Both the position numbers and the translations under genes were made by a program. This document shows, piece by piece, positions 1 to 15,274 of a stretch of 64,000 nt of DNA (positions are counted from its first letter, which is position 1; every line of letters starts with the position of its first letter). The notes beneath the pieces were generated by a model. The model was not told where the DNA came from. It saw only the letters and a list, made by a program, of their open reading frames with translations, and made no database searches. The stretch lies in assembly GCF_009914755.1 (NCBI RefSeq), contig NC_060933.1. The stretch is one strand, 5' to 3'. The stretch is from the human T2T-CHM13v2.0 reference genome, Homo sapiens.

Positions 1-1792
<1,792 letters not shown>

Positions 1793-4290
1793 TATTTTTC
1801 TTTTGTGTTGACCTTGAAAAAGTCGGATGACTTATGTTTCTTAGAGGTGGTCTTTTTGTACAGTATGTCACAGGACTTCTCTTAATTTCTTGAATTTGCA
1901 TGAAATTTACTAGAGAGAATTGACCTCTCTAGTAAAATTGGAGAAATTTTTGTGGACTGTATACTCAAATATGTTTTCCAAGTTGCTTACTTTCTCTCCT
2001 TCTCTCTCAGGAATGCCAATGAATCATAGGTTTGATCTCTTTACATAATCCCATATTTTTGGAGGCTCTGATCATTTTTAAAAATTCATTTTTCTTTATT
2101 TTTGTCTCACTGAGTTAATTTGAGTGACTGGTTTTTGAGCTTTGAATTTTTTTCCTGAGCTTGGTCTAGTCTGTTATTAAGGCTTTCAATTGTATTTTAA
2201 AATTTCTGTAGTGAATTTTTCAACTCCAGAAGTCCACTTTGGTTTTTTCTTAAAATGGCTACGTCATCTTTTAAACTCTTGGATTGTTTTACTTGTTTCC
2301 TTGGATTAGATTTCATTTTTTTCTTGAATTTTGTTAAGCTTCTTTGCCGTCCAGATTTTGAATTCTATGTCTATGCTTCAGACATTTGAATCTGGCTAGG
2401 GAATTACCGCAATCCTTTAGAGGTGAAAAAACACTCTGAATTTTTAAATTGCTAGAGTTCTTGCACTGATTCCTTCTCATCTGAGGAGGCTGGTGTTTAT
2501 TTTCCTTTTTGAAATTGCTGCTGTTTTCATGGGGCTTTTTGTTTTTATATTCTTTTTTTCCTTTGAAGCCTTGACTGTGGTGTGTTGTGTATAGTTGATT
2601 GGCTTTTTTTCTGGCTGCTTTCAGAGTGCTGAGGCTGTGTTTGGGTTTCTTTGTTGTAGATTGCTTCCTGCATTGGGTTTTACAGGCTTTTGGGTGCTGA
2701 AGGAATTTTTGTTTGTTCATATAATTCAGGCTCTAGTCCAATAGATGGTGCATAAGAGTAAGGGCCAGCAGATGGTCTCTTACATACTTCTTTTATATCT
2801 TGATGCATATGTAGCAGTGCTCTGGGGAAGGGGAGATGGGAGGGTGAGAGATACCTGCCCCCACCCACCCTCCAAGTCCATTCCAGGGCTTTGGTGGAGC
2901 CTTTTCCAATCGTTGGCATTGTTCCTGCATTTCCTTAGTCCCATGGGGGACCTTGTTGGGCTGCATTCTCCCCTCCTTTAGGGGTGGCCTGAGCCAAAGG
3001 TTAGATTGCCAGGAAACCTGTAACTCCCCAGGAACCTGCTGGTCCTCTGAGCTTGGCAGGGTCAGAGTGGGCTGTGGGATATGTCTGTGAGTGGTCTGAT
3101 GATACAGGGGTCAAAGGCACATGATCCTGGGCAGGGCAGTGGTGCCATAGATGTGAAATTGGTATGGTGCCCACAGCCCAGGGATTTTAGTCCAGCTGAT
3201 GACTGTGGGGTCCACCTAGTTCATGCTTTTCAGACTGGGTCTCCTTCTAGTGTCTTCCCTAGGAGCAGGCCCGCCCAGCTAGATTTGTACCAAGCCTTCT
3301 TGTGCTCATATAACTGGGCTCTTCCACGTGTTCAGGGCTGTATGGTTTCCTTGGGCAGAAGCTGTGGCTGGCCAACAGCTACACCCTTCCTGGACCAGTC
3401 TTGCAAAGGGAGGGATGCCTGGCTCCTACACTGGCACACAAACCAGCACCTCACTCTTCTTTGTGTCCCAAGAGTGGTGGCTCCTCCTCTGCCCAAGCTC
3501 TGGCCACAGACCTTAGCTCAATACCCCTCAGGGTAGTGTGCTCGAATCCTAGAAAGTTGGGACTTAGCCCACAGCTTTGTCCTCTGGACCCTCAGGACTG
3601 AGTACTGGCTGTGCTGAGGAGTCCGAACTGCTCTCAGGCTATTGGCAAAACATCCGGGTGGGGCAGTGGAGGCTGAGCTGTGTACACCCTCCTGCGGGAG
3701 CAGCCAGGTAGGCAGTTTTGGGAGGGGTTGGCAGACAAGGGGGCACAGAGATCAGATGCACCTTAGTACCATGGGAGAGGTAGCCCTGCTCTCTGCTGGC
3801 TGGCAGTCAGCAGGGGCTGCAGCCAGTCAGCAACATGGAGAGTCTTGGAAGAGGGATAGTTGTGGTTCCGTTTTGCTGTAGCTGCCCCTTGTAAGCTTCT
3901 GGGCTCCGCACAAGACCAAGCTCTTCCTCTACCTACTCTCCAGGCAGATCCCCTTGCCAATGCAAATGTCTGTGGGGGTTGTGGTATCTCTTGTGGCCAG
4001 AATCACAGAAGTCTGTGGTGGAACTGTGGGTTTTTTGGAGTTCCTTTACTCATCCCTTCCAAAGGACCTGTTCAGGACCAGCAACCTGTCCTGGTGCTCA
4101 GTGACTCTGTGTGGGGCTTCCCACTTCCTCCTTCTTCAGCTTCAGTGTCTGCATCACCTCTCTATTCACTTTAGCTGTTTTCTGTCAAAAGATCTGTTCG
4201 AAATGTAATCGTTTACTTGATATTTTGGTTTCTCTCTGTGGGACAGGCACCTCCCCACTATGCCTAGTTAGCCATCTTGTCCCTTCCCAA
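1793..4290 (-). mobile_element. Old primate L1 (L1PA15-16/L1P4-like) 5'UTR and start of ORF1
   Basis: Minus strand starts …gggacaagatggctaactag (L1 YY1-site 5' end, about 4263-4283); GC-richer 5'UTR at 2700-4290; T-rich antisense ORF1 at 1793-2500. Confidence 0.85.
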
Positions 4291-4489
4291 TCTTATTTTA
4301 AAATTATACAAAAATAATATAATAACTTCCTTATTTCTGACCTCATAGCGTGTGATAAATAGGTCTCTTCATTCTTCATTTAATGTCGCTATCAAGGATA
4401 ATTATGAATTGTTTTTCAAAATTAGTGAAATAGATTCTTATGGTACCACTTTAATAAGAAATGACTAAAATGTTCTTATTCCAAAGAAA

Positions 4490-4615
4490 TAAGTCTGTCA
4501 TCTAATGGGTGTATTAATTAGCTTGAGTCACTCATTCCACAGTGTGTACACATATCAAAATACCATGTTGTATACCATAAATACATATAATCTGTGTCAA
4601 TTAAGAAATAAAACG
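4490..4615 (+). mobile_element. L1MA 3' terminal fragment
   Basis: taattagcttga…cattccacagtgtgtacacatatcaaaa…catgttgtataccataaat matches the L1MA 3' end. Confidence 0.8.
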
Positions 4616-5399
4616 TTAAAGAAATCACTAAAGTTTACTAAGTTGCTGTAAATGTTATTTTAACACATTGTTTCCACTTCTTTCCATTGAGTGAAGCTCC
4701 TCTAGTTGTCCAAAGTCAGCTTCAAATACATATACTCATCTAAAAAACTGAAAAAAGGTTTTAGGGAATGTCCTTCTAACCAGCCTGTTTCCCGGAGGCA
4801 AGATTAGAAATATGACTTTGATGGTAACCATCCTTTGATACAGAAATGGAAACAATCTCTCAACTTGGTACTCCAGGTTTGAACTTTAAGACAACCAAGT
4901 TTCATATTCAGTCCACAATTAGCTCTTGCCCTCACCGTCTGCACGCTATAGTTCCATCTTTATACTCATACTATAATCAGCATCTACTGTTTGCAGCCCT
5001 TGAGTATACCCATTAACCTGAATTATTTTGAGGGGAGACCCCTCTCTTATACATGTCTGCATCCTCCACATAACCCAACATAGTAGATGTCCAGTATATT
5101 TTTGTTGGTTATTTTCTTCTTTAACTTTTGTATACATTATCACAATAAAGTCCTTCTAACAAGTTTTGTCTCTGTTATCATTCCTTGTACTTTTCTTCCC
5201 TCCTCTCTTCTCTCAGAGTAAGAGGGTAGAAATCAAAGTCAGCAGCTCTTACTCTCAGAGTGAGGTTCTTTCTATTGTTCTATGTCTCTCTTGCTTTTTC
5301 AATTGTTTCCTTATATCTCTCATTTTCTACAAGCATACTTTTCTCTTTCCCACCTTAAAACAATCATAAAAACTTTTCTTTGAATCTCTAACCCCTTGA

Positions 5400-6200
5400 C
5401 TTAACACTTTTTCTCACCCTTCTCATTAACAACCTTCTATAGAAGCTAGCCTTCATTTCCCACCACTTGTCCATCATTTCCTGGGCCTTCTTTAGCTTGG
5501 CATCTGCCCTGTGGCTCCACTGAAACTCCTTTCTTTAAACATCACTCTTACTTTCTAATTCCCAAACCAAACTCTCTAAAGCCACCCTCCTTCAAACTCT
5601 CCTCTCTGGCCATCTTGCTTTTACTCCTGTCTCTATTAGCCAGTCAGCCTCCTGTTGCATATTTCTATCTCCTAGAAATATCCATTGTGTTTTTCACCAG
5701 GATCTTAAGTATATAGAAACATAAACTCATCATTTTCTTTCCCTTTTTTCAAACCAGTTTTGCCTCTTGACTTCTATATTTTTGGTAAGAAAACTACCAT
5801 TCATTTAGTGAACTTAGCACCAAACCTCAGTACCATCTGACAGTTTTCTCTCCTTCTCTGTGGATATCATTAAGTCCTAATAGTTTTACCTGTGTCATTC
5901 GTGCCTTCATTTTTATTCTTACTTTCTCTACTCTGGCTTTGCCTCTCATTAACTTGAACTACTGCTACCAAGATTGTATAAGTTGTTTTGTTTCTATTTT
6001 TCTCCATTTTTGACACACTTGGAACATCCTAAAAAACTTTTAGTCTTATTTTTATAAAGGAAAAGTTGTATTCGTCTCTGAGCTGAATATTTCAGTCTTT
6101 CCTCATGTTCTAACAAATATATTTTAAACTCCTCGGTATGGTAATCAGATTGTTCTAGTCTTCACTTTCCTTTGCTATGATATCTAGTCTGTATCCTGTG
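5400..6200 (+). mobile_element. L2 fragment, highly diverged
   Basis: Pyrimidine-rich, with L2-like ctccactgaaact and aaactcatcattttc. Confidence 0.6.
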
Positions 6201-6739
6201 TTCTAGTTCCTTCTCTGTTATGATTGTCTCAGGTTTGATCCCAACTGTCTCTTGGTTCACCTCAACTATGGAGGACTTTTTCTATAAGAAGTTACTCTAA
6301 TTTAAAAAGATATTTTAATAATTAAAATTATCTTTATCAAAGGATAAATTGTGCTTAAGTTAGTATGTTACTAAACATGGGACTGTGCATAAAGAGAGCT
6401 TTAAAATTCCCACAGCTGCTCCTCTACCTCCAAGGTTCTCAGCATAGACAGCGGCTTTTTATGGCCAAATAGAGGAATGCCTGTTAGGCATATTTATGCT
6501 GCATCCTTTTTGCACATCCTGAATTCATCCAGGAGAAGAAAAATGATGTGCTTCAATTGAAGTGGACCTATCGTTTTCTCTTGGCAGCCAAAGGAGGAGC
6601 AAAAAGTCCAGATTGTGTCCTTTATCTTGTAGGGATTGCGATGGTGAGGAGATATGAGGAAGAGGGGTAATAGCATCAGTTATCCCAGGGAAAGCAGTCC
6701 GTTTACTTGGGCTGGCATGTTTTCTCTTCAGATACTTAT

Positions 6740-7075
6740 ACAATTTACTTCCTCACCACCTCATCAAGTCTTTGTTCAGATGATCCCCTTCTCAATGAGG
6801 CCTGCCTTAATGACATCTAAAATTGCAACCTATTTTCCCTGGGCACTCCTAACCCCCTTTGCCCTGCTCAAGTTTTTCCTCCCATAGTGCTCCCCACCTC
6901 CTGACATTCTTCATGGTTTACTTGTTTATTATGATCATCGTCTGCTGTCTTTACTAGTATTTAAGCTCTATGAGGGCAGGTCTCATTGACTATTTCGTTA
7001 TTACAATATACCCAGAATGATGCTGTAGTAGTAGGTGTTAGTAAGTGCTTAGTAATTATATGTTGAATTAAGTAA
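6740..7075 (+). mobile_element. L2 3' end
   Basis: cccttctcaatgaggcctgcc…taagctctatgagggcagg…gtagtaggtg…tgttgaat. Confidence 0.8.
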
Positions 7076-7084
7076 CAAAATAAC

Positions 7085-7550
7085 TTACTCAAAAAATAAT
7101 TTTTGTCATGCCCTATATATGCTAAGAGCTGTGCTGGTGATGGGGACCTATAGTGGAAAACAAATAGATTTGGTCCTTACCCCCTATCTTGCTATCTAGC
7201 CAAGAAAGCCTACACCAACATTACAATAAAATGAGATGAGTGTTTTGTTCCAGGAACACTGTGCTACACAAGGGATCTCATGTAGGAGGTCACTGAAGAC
7301 TTCCCTGAACAAATGACCAAGCTGAGACTTGAGGATGGTTAGGAGTTGGCCAAGTAAAGAATGACAGAAGGAGGATGCCTCTTCCAGGCATACTTTAAAG
7401 CATTACTGGTTGAAGGAATTGTAATAAGTCAAGTGGCTGGACTATAGAAAGAGGAAGGCAGGCTGGCCCTGCAAAAAGAGAGGCAGGGAAGAGGTTGAGA
7501 GGCCTTTCTAACTCCTTCTATGGAATTTTCACTTTTCCCAAAGGCCCGTG
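7085..7550 (-). mobile_element. L2 3' end, tail-to-tail with the previous L2
   Basis: ctgtgctggtgatggggac…gaagacttccctgaa…gctgagacttgaggatg. Confidence 0.7.
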
Positions 7551-10500
7551 GATTCTCCGTATACTCTGCATTACCCCATGTAATAAAATGCTTTTCAGAA
7601 TATGAACATCTTCCAGTTGACTTTGTTCTCCATTAGACTGGATAAATACTTTGTAAAGAAATATGCACTTGGTCAAAGTAACTCTAGGTATAATATCACA
7701 TCTTTATTTTTAGCATTTGTGGCTGTGGAGCAGGCACAATTCTGGCCATGGTATGTTTGGTTTGGCATTAGCTAATACCTTGTTGTTTAAGTAATACTCA
7801 GATCTTGCTGAAAACAGCATAGCACATTTTAGCGTTAATCTCCAGAGTAATCAGATCAGTGACACATACTGGGGAAGCAAAGAAAATAGGCTTAGGAGGT
7901 ATCAGATATCTTCGTTTGGTAAAGACCTACATTGATATGGGTTTCCTCTAATTATGTGTTAAGATTCTCCTGCTTTCAGTATATAGGCCAAAGTTCAGAC
8001 CACATTATTGAGATAGGTAGAAATTTGCTTTAAACTTCCTCTTAATACTCTCCCTTTCATCATCTCTTCTTTTAGAGTTTCCTTATGGACACAGTAGTGT
8101 CCTGCTATTTTCTGGTTGCCTAGAGGAACACCCTACCCTCACTATTACATGGTATTATTGGATGTGCATCTAACCAATCTGTGCTTTCTGCCACTAACAA
8201 ACTCAAAACTCACTTCTCTTTTGTCCCCTCCCTTTTGGGGCTTCCTAGGTGATGTGTCGTCTAATCTCTTGTAATGCTAATTCATGCTGATATCTTTATG
8301 ACTACAACATCTCTTGGAAGTATTTGCATTTTAAATGATGAACTATGCATTAAATCAGTTTGCACTCATGAAACTTCAAGCTTCAGGGAAAAAAACTTCA
8401 AGCTAGAGCTGGGAAAATCATGTTGCTAAGGGAAAAATAAGAATACAAGGTGGGACTTGTAGTCCCTTTAATTTGATCCTTGCATGTCGTATATTTGGTC
8501 AGTTTCTAAGGCCTGTCAGTTTTCACAGATAAAAGATCACAAAAGCTTTACTCTCTTCTGAGTGTCTGTGGTCCCCTACACAAATTTGCAGGACTACTTA
8601 GTACTTTAGAGCACAAACATCAGTCTGGAGGTAGAGATGGAGCCCTTACTCATGATAGTCACAAAAGTTGATCTATTGCTTAACTTCTTAGAGACTTGCT
8701 TATATTTTTTCCCCTTTTTCTAAAATACACTTCTTTCTGTAGTATATTAAATAAGTGTTAATGATTGTCAAAGTATTTCAAAACTATGAAATGTGTATAT
8801 ATAGGAGATAGTAATTAAATGCTTCCTTTTAGAGTTCTAAAGATGTTTTTTGTATAAGATTTCAGATAGCTCCTCTGAAGAATTCCAGCCTATTGGAACC
8901 CAAATCCTGATGCATATAATAAAGTTTAAAAGGCTTATTTTTTATGTATGTAACAAGAACTCACCTTTATAACTTCTTACGTGAGTGAAGTAAAATTGTT
9001 CCATATAAGAGAAATGCATCCTCTCCAAATACAGCGTGCAGAAATAGCATCTGAAGATTTATTACAGAAACAAAACAAATGGTGCGCAATTAAAATAGGC
9101 ATGTTCTCCAGGAAAAACATCCCCAGCAGGCTTCAAAATCCTGACTCTACTTTTGGATTTGTCTGGTCTGGTCTGGCATATATACCAAGAATCTAAAGTA
9201 TTTTAGGGTGATGCAATTTTTTATTTCAGTGATCGTGATGATACGAGAAATCAAAGAGCACTTGGGAAAGTGTGATTCAAAGCTGGGACCAACAAGATGC
9301 AGTATCCATGGATGTCACTGACCTGGCTTCCCGCCATTATGGCCACCAATTATGTGTGTCTTTCACTGAAGCGTCAACCACACCTCTGCCATCAGGTAGA
9401 CCATCTGCTCATGAGACTTGCCCATGTGAGCCTCGGTTGTTCATTCCCGGGTGGCTATTAATCAGGCAGCAGCTTGGGAACATTTCCAAGTGGCATTTTT
9501 GGCTGTTGCCCCTCTCTGGGCCTCTGGGGATCTTAGAATGGTCCATTCTCTCTATACTCTAAAGCCAAAACCAAAATCAAAACCAAAACTATTCCTGCCA
9601 GCAAGTCAATTAATTAAGAAATCAAGAAGGCCCTAACCTCCTTGAAAGATCAAGGAGAAACTTTTTTTCACTTTAAATAAAAGTCCAGATTTTGAAAGCA
9701 TAAAACACATTGGCAGTCATTACAGTTTTCAAGCTGATGGCAATTCGATATTTTATCTCAACCTGTATCTTTTGTGTCTGCTATTTTGCCTAAAGGATTT
9801 CAAAGGGTGATACAGAAAAGCGGGAAAACAGAGAAATCAGCTAGATGAACTAGCATTACCTAAGGGAGGGTGTGCTGGCTTGGATTATTCCAGGTTTAGA
9901 TTTGAATCCCAGCTCCATTATTTCTCAGCTGTCTGTCTTCTAACAACTTACCACCAACTTTTCACATGAAGTTTAGATAATGAGCATAAAGCATCTAACA
10001 AGAAAGTAAAGAAGATGTGCTTGTTCCACTTCTCCATTGGAAAGCAATTGTTACAGAGAGTCTATTGTGTAAACTTTACCAGTACCATAACTTCCCACAT
10101 AGCTGAAGGTCAGATTTCTGCCACAGTAATTACCAGTGACAAAGCTATGAACACATAAGTTAGTTAAAGGATGAATGGGTTATCTTCTATAAAACTCATG
10201 TACTTCTCTTCATAGGATTAATAAAGAAAGCACTAACCCAGAGCCTAACCCAGATATATATGAAACGAAAATATTAGCTCAGGACCTCAGGTATAATAAC
10301 ATCAAAGAAAAACTAACACCAGCTGAGAAAGAACTTTATAGAAAAAACATGACACTAAATAGTTCAGGCCATTATTTTAGGAACAAACTGTGTTGCAATA
10401 GAATGATTATCTTGTGCCATTAAAAGAAGACTGAATTAGGTCTGGCATATTTGTTTTATAATATAATGCCATTAAGGGATTAAGATTTGAGCAAATAAAT

Positions 10501-11898
10501 AGTTTTATCTGGGAAAATGTCATCTTTTGGAATATCACATTGACAGATTAAAGACATATTACTGTATTTTTTTTTACTTCTCAGTGACGGATAATGCCTT
10601 CCTACAGGTGACTGTTTTTAAAAAAATAATTCCCCTCTCAAATAATTATAATAAGTCAACAGTGTCTTTCAATAATTTTGGTGGGCTCAAGAATTAGCAT
10701 GAGTGTATTATTGGTGTATTTTTATTTTATGAATTTTTCTTGTTATGGGATAGGGTTTCTTTCTACGGAACAAACATTTTTCACAAGGAGCTTTTCTTCT
10801 CACAATGCATTGAGCAAATTAACTGAGTTAGTTTCCAAGCCTATTACTGGTGGAAATTTAGAAAATTTAGACTGGGAAAAGTCAAGTTAATGCTGTGGAG
10901 ACATGCACACGTAGATACAGAGGCAAAAAACCAAGCATGCCTTCTTTCAGCCTGTTTCTCTTACTACCATAGATCAAATGGTGGTATTAAAACTAAGATT
11001 TGAGGATACTCATTTTTAAAAATTATTATTTAGTCAAGGTAAGGTTTGGGTTTTGGGAGGAAGGTTAATTCTGAGGACATTTGTGTATTTAGCCGATAAG
11101 ATTTCTGAATCCGATTTGTCTGTCTTCTTGGCAGATAGAAATTGGCAGTTTTCCTCTTTAGACATATGCTACTATATATTGCTATGACAAAACATATATG
11201 CAAAGGATAGAATGACCATATTATTGTGTCTCCAGGATGGTCCTGACTTATGCCTATGTCTTGGCATTTTGTCTGTTTTGTCATTTATTCAGCATTATTT
11301 TATTTTTAAAACCATTATCATTGATGTCAGATTAAAAATAAGCCAGGTTGAGTTCTACCATGTTCTCATTCAACAGTATGTGAGGTGCATGTATAGTAAG
11401 CAACACCCTTCCCTTAAATTGTGAATAAGCCAGGAAGATAACTATTGATAACCTGGCTCTGTTTTCCCCAACCCTTTCTGGAAGCAAGGTAGGTGACATG
11501 TCTCCTTCAATGACAGCATGGTCTCTGATAAAATAAAGCCCTTTTGGACATGAGCAGATAAGGAGAACTAATTGTTTCTGATCTTAAGTGGTGGTGGAGA
11601 AAGCTCTTGATGCTTCTGTTCCTACTGACTGGTTGGTTTTTCAACTAGTTGGGCTGTGGCTCATGCATGCAAGGTGCATAAAACCTTCAGGCCACCAGCA
11701 TGCTGGGCCGGTAGGAATCATGGGAAATTATACATTATGTGTAGACGAAATGTCTGTGCATAGTAGAGCTTGAGCAGTCCTGCCATAGTGCATGTAGACC
11801 TTGATGTGAATATTACTGCTATAGTGAATTTGTCATTTCCTGCATGGTGTGAATCTGTACTTAAGTATTTGTTTAATCTATGCAGACAGAATTATTTC

Positions 11899-12065
11899 AG
11901 TTACTGGAGAAAGCTTACAACCTGAATGGCTTATAATTACAGCCCTTATTTGGTTTATCTTTCTTTCTGGAAGCTAAGTGAAATGAAAAAAAAAATACTT
12001 TGGGAAGGTTAAACTTATTAAAGCCTGGAGTTATAATTTCTATTCATTTGTCAAAGGAGTGATCA
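11899..12065 (+). repeat. Copy 1 of a diverged ~165-bp local direct duplication, with CArG box at 11944-11953
   Basis: Aligns by eye to 13832-13996; shared ttacagcccttatttggt, tttctttctggaagc and aaagcctg(g)agttataa. Confidence 0.9.
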
Positions 12066-12252
12066 ACAGATGGCCACAAATCTGAGGATCAGTTTGTCAT
12101 TATTTGTTCCGTTGTTAACAATCTGAAAAAAATTTTAAATAAACTCATTTGGCACCAATTGGTTTTAAAAAATATATTTTAATGAAAATTTCAATTTCTC
12201 AAGTGATTAATTAGTAGGAATTATGTATAAAATGCTTATTGATATTTACCAT

Positions 12253-12266
12253 CCACTAGGGGGGCA
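12253..12266 (+). promoter_or_regulatory. CTCF-like motif
   Basis: CCACTAGGGGGGCA vs core CCASYAGRKGGC, with one extra G. Confidence 0.3.
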
Positions 12267-13584
12267 ATAGTGATCTCAGTTAACCACATAAAAACCAAAG
12301 ACACAAATCTGCTGAAGGAGCATCAGAAGCTGGTTGAAAAACCAGCAGTTCTGTTCAGAAGACTGGATGTGAAGAGGATGATTTAACACATGTAGCTACA
12401 GAAAGTACCCTCATCATCACTCTGTAAAGCCTGCCCTGTCATTTGGAATAAATGGCTGTTTTCCTGAATTAATTTAGCACATTTATTTTAGTTTTTTTGT
12501 GTGCAAGAAGTGAAGCAAGAACTATTAATGTGTTAGTTGTATTAGAAGAGTTTTATAAATATTTAATGGTGCTAGTTTTATGGAAGTGTCATTAGATGCT
12601 TAAAATAGAAAAGTCAATAAAGCAAATTCCAGTAATGCTTTATTTTCATTCCATTTATGGAATAAAGGTAAAAGTTTGGAAATGTTGAGGATAAAACATT
12701 TGACACTATTATAAATGCTACTGTGGATTCAGTTTAAAATTCAGACATGATGATTAAATTATTTGTTTTTGCCATAATATGGTTACATAGGCTGGTGGAG
12801 GACAGAATCATCATAAAAATCACCTTACTAAATTAAGAACTCTATGGAGCAAAAGGTTACTTGGAATTAATTTGTGGTGTGTGTATATTTAATAATTATT
12901 CCTAACCAAACTGATAATCTACCAGTTTTGATATTGTACCAATTGATATGAAAATCATGATTTTCAAAATTTATAAATATTTTGTACATACAGATTTAAA
13001 ATAACTGATATCCCAAATCAGCTGAGGATGAAGTAAACAAAATGAAACAAGAAAACCCTTCAACAGAGTAGTACATACTTTATGTCTTTGCTATTCATAC
13101 ATCTGATTTTAGAAATGTTGGAAACTTTGTAGCATCTCTTTGCATATCAACCTGAGTGTCCTGAAATCATATTAAAATATTTTAAAATTGGTTACTTTAA
13201 ATTTTGGTTATATATTGTTTCCAGTCAGTTGGGTGATGCCTTTGATCAAATTACTCCGTGCATGAAGTGCCAAAATTTCTACCCTTGAGGCTTTTAGTGA
13301 GTTGTAATTGCTGGGAAAAAAAAAAAAAAAAGCTTACGAACACTAAGAAAGTGGAATTGATAATTGATTTCTCCTAAAATGTGGGAAGAACCAGCCATGA
13401 AAGCTTAAGTGATGTACAAATTATGAAGCATAGAAATAGTTAAGATTCATATGCAAAAGTTTCCAAAGCTTGATTTAGGGAAAATTGCTTAATTTAGCAA
13501 ATGTTAAAAATATTATAATACTAATTCTGATTGAATTTAGCAAGATCAATGAATTTATGCCTAAGAGGAAACTAAAAAAGAAAT

Positions 13585-13800
13585 TTACTGAGTGTTCATT
13601 ATATGCCAGCAACTTTCATGGACTATCTCATTAAATCCTCATGACAGCTCACTGAGATAAGTTAAAAAAGATCTAGTTGTTTTCTAGATGAAGACATGAG
13701 GGGTTGAGAAGTCAAGTAACTTGTCAAAATCCTCACTAATACATAGGATCTGAAACTAGATGTGCTCGATAACAAAGCTCACTTCTTCATTGCTACTCTA
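13585..13800 (-). mobile_element. MIR
   Basis: atttactgagtg…tctcattaaatcctcatgacag…gatgaagacatgag…aagtaacttgtc. Confidence 0.85.
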
Positions 13801-13831
13801 TTCTGCCTCTGTTTAGTCAGGATCAAATTGA

Positions 13832-13996
13832 AGTTATCAGAGAAAGCTCTTATAACCCAAATGATTCACTGTTACAGCCCTTATTTGGTGTGTGTTTCTT
13901 TCTGGAAGCCAATCAAAATGGAAAGTTATATTTTGTGGAAATTAAACTCATGAAAGCCTGAGTTATAACTTCTACTCTGTAGTCTAAGAAGTGCCA
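13832..13996 (+). repeat. Copy 2 of the ~165-bp local duplication, with CArG box at 13879-13888
   Basis: See copy 1. Confidence 0.9.
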
Positions 13997-14317
13997 AGAA
14001 GGTATACTCAAAAGTCTTGTAGCTCCATTTAAATCATGACTGATATGCAGTACAGAATGATGAGGTTGTGAGATGACATCCTCCCAAGTTTGTAATTGTC
14101 AAGACCTCTGCTTTAACCTTAGAAATTTGCCATCCAGGAAAAAATTCACGGGGGAACCTATGTAAATGCTTCATGATAAGAAGTAATTGAAGCCAACATT
14201 CATAGTTGGGCAATTAAATGAAGACTCCTTTGTAAGACAAAAAGTAAGGAAAAGAAAGTCATAAAACAGGAACATTTACACGCTAGAAAACTAAGAGGCT
14301 GAAACTGTGTAGTACAG

Positions 14318-14492
14318 ACCAGTCTTTTTCAAACTTGCCACATGTCACAATTACCTGGGATATTTACAATGGTGTATATTTATATGCCCCACTGAGGACT
14401 GCAATATCTGAATGTGTGGCAGGGAGATCTGTGTGTGTTTTTTGGAGCTTCCGAAGGTGATTTTTTCATCAGCCAGGATTAGGAACTACTAG
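14318..14492. mobile_element. MER5-type hAT-Charlie DNA transposon
   Basis: cagtctttttcaaactt…aattacctggga…aggtgattt…cagccaggattaggaactact. Confidence 0.7.
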
Positions 14493-15274
14493 GCCAGAAT
14501 ACTCCCAAGCAACAGGAAGCTGCTGCACTTTGGTTAGTTGGGAAAAAATGCCCAAGAAAGTAGTGGATTTCCTTAAAAAATTTTTTGGGGGGATGTGTAT
14601 ACATTTTTGGGATATTTAGAACCAGAGGCAGCTTCCAAAGCAACTGGCCAGTTCAAGCTATTTTACCACCTGGGCTACAGTAAGCAAAAGATGATATTAG
14701 CTTGGTGCACAAGTTATTGCAGTTCATTGAAAATAATGGGAAAACTGCAATTATTTGTTCACCAACCTACTAGATGGCCTAGGCCTAACCCCTACCCCAG
14801 AGCCTGTGCTTATGGAGACGGGTGTTCCCTGACTTCTAGAGGGAAGATATGGCCAGCAGCAAAGGGCAGAAGACTACATTTGGCTTTTATAATCACATGA
14901 AAAATTGTAGTGAAAACACATTTATAATTTATTAATGCTATATGAGCAAATATTTTCAGCTTGTGGATAATACTTTTGCTAATAAAAAATAATAATTCTA
15001 GATTTTTGTGAATTCTCCTGAATTATACGTAGGTACAATGTATAGGGAAGGAATGTACTTTAGATATGGTGAGCTTTATTGGCACTACTTTATTTAGTAA
15101 CCTGATGACTATCCTCTTTCTTCATTCCCCTTCATTTTTTGGTCCCTTGTAAAATTTCTAGTGAATTTCTACAACCATGCTATACCCCTCTTCATGGATG
15201 CGTGCCTTCCCATCTAGTATGTTACTTTCTATCATTTCCTCCTTGTGTCACCCTTGGGAACCATTGTTATCATT

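Noticed and set aside
3081-4317. Cluster of ORFs on both strands
   Set aside because: By-product of the GC-rich L1 5'UTR; no recognisable protein.
8371-8404. aaacttcaagct repeated twice
   Set aside because: 12-bp local slippage with no further structure.
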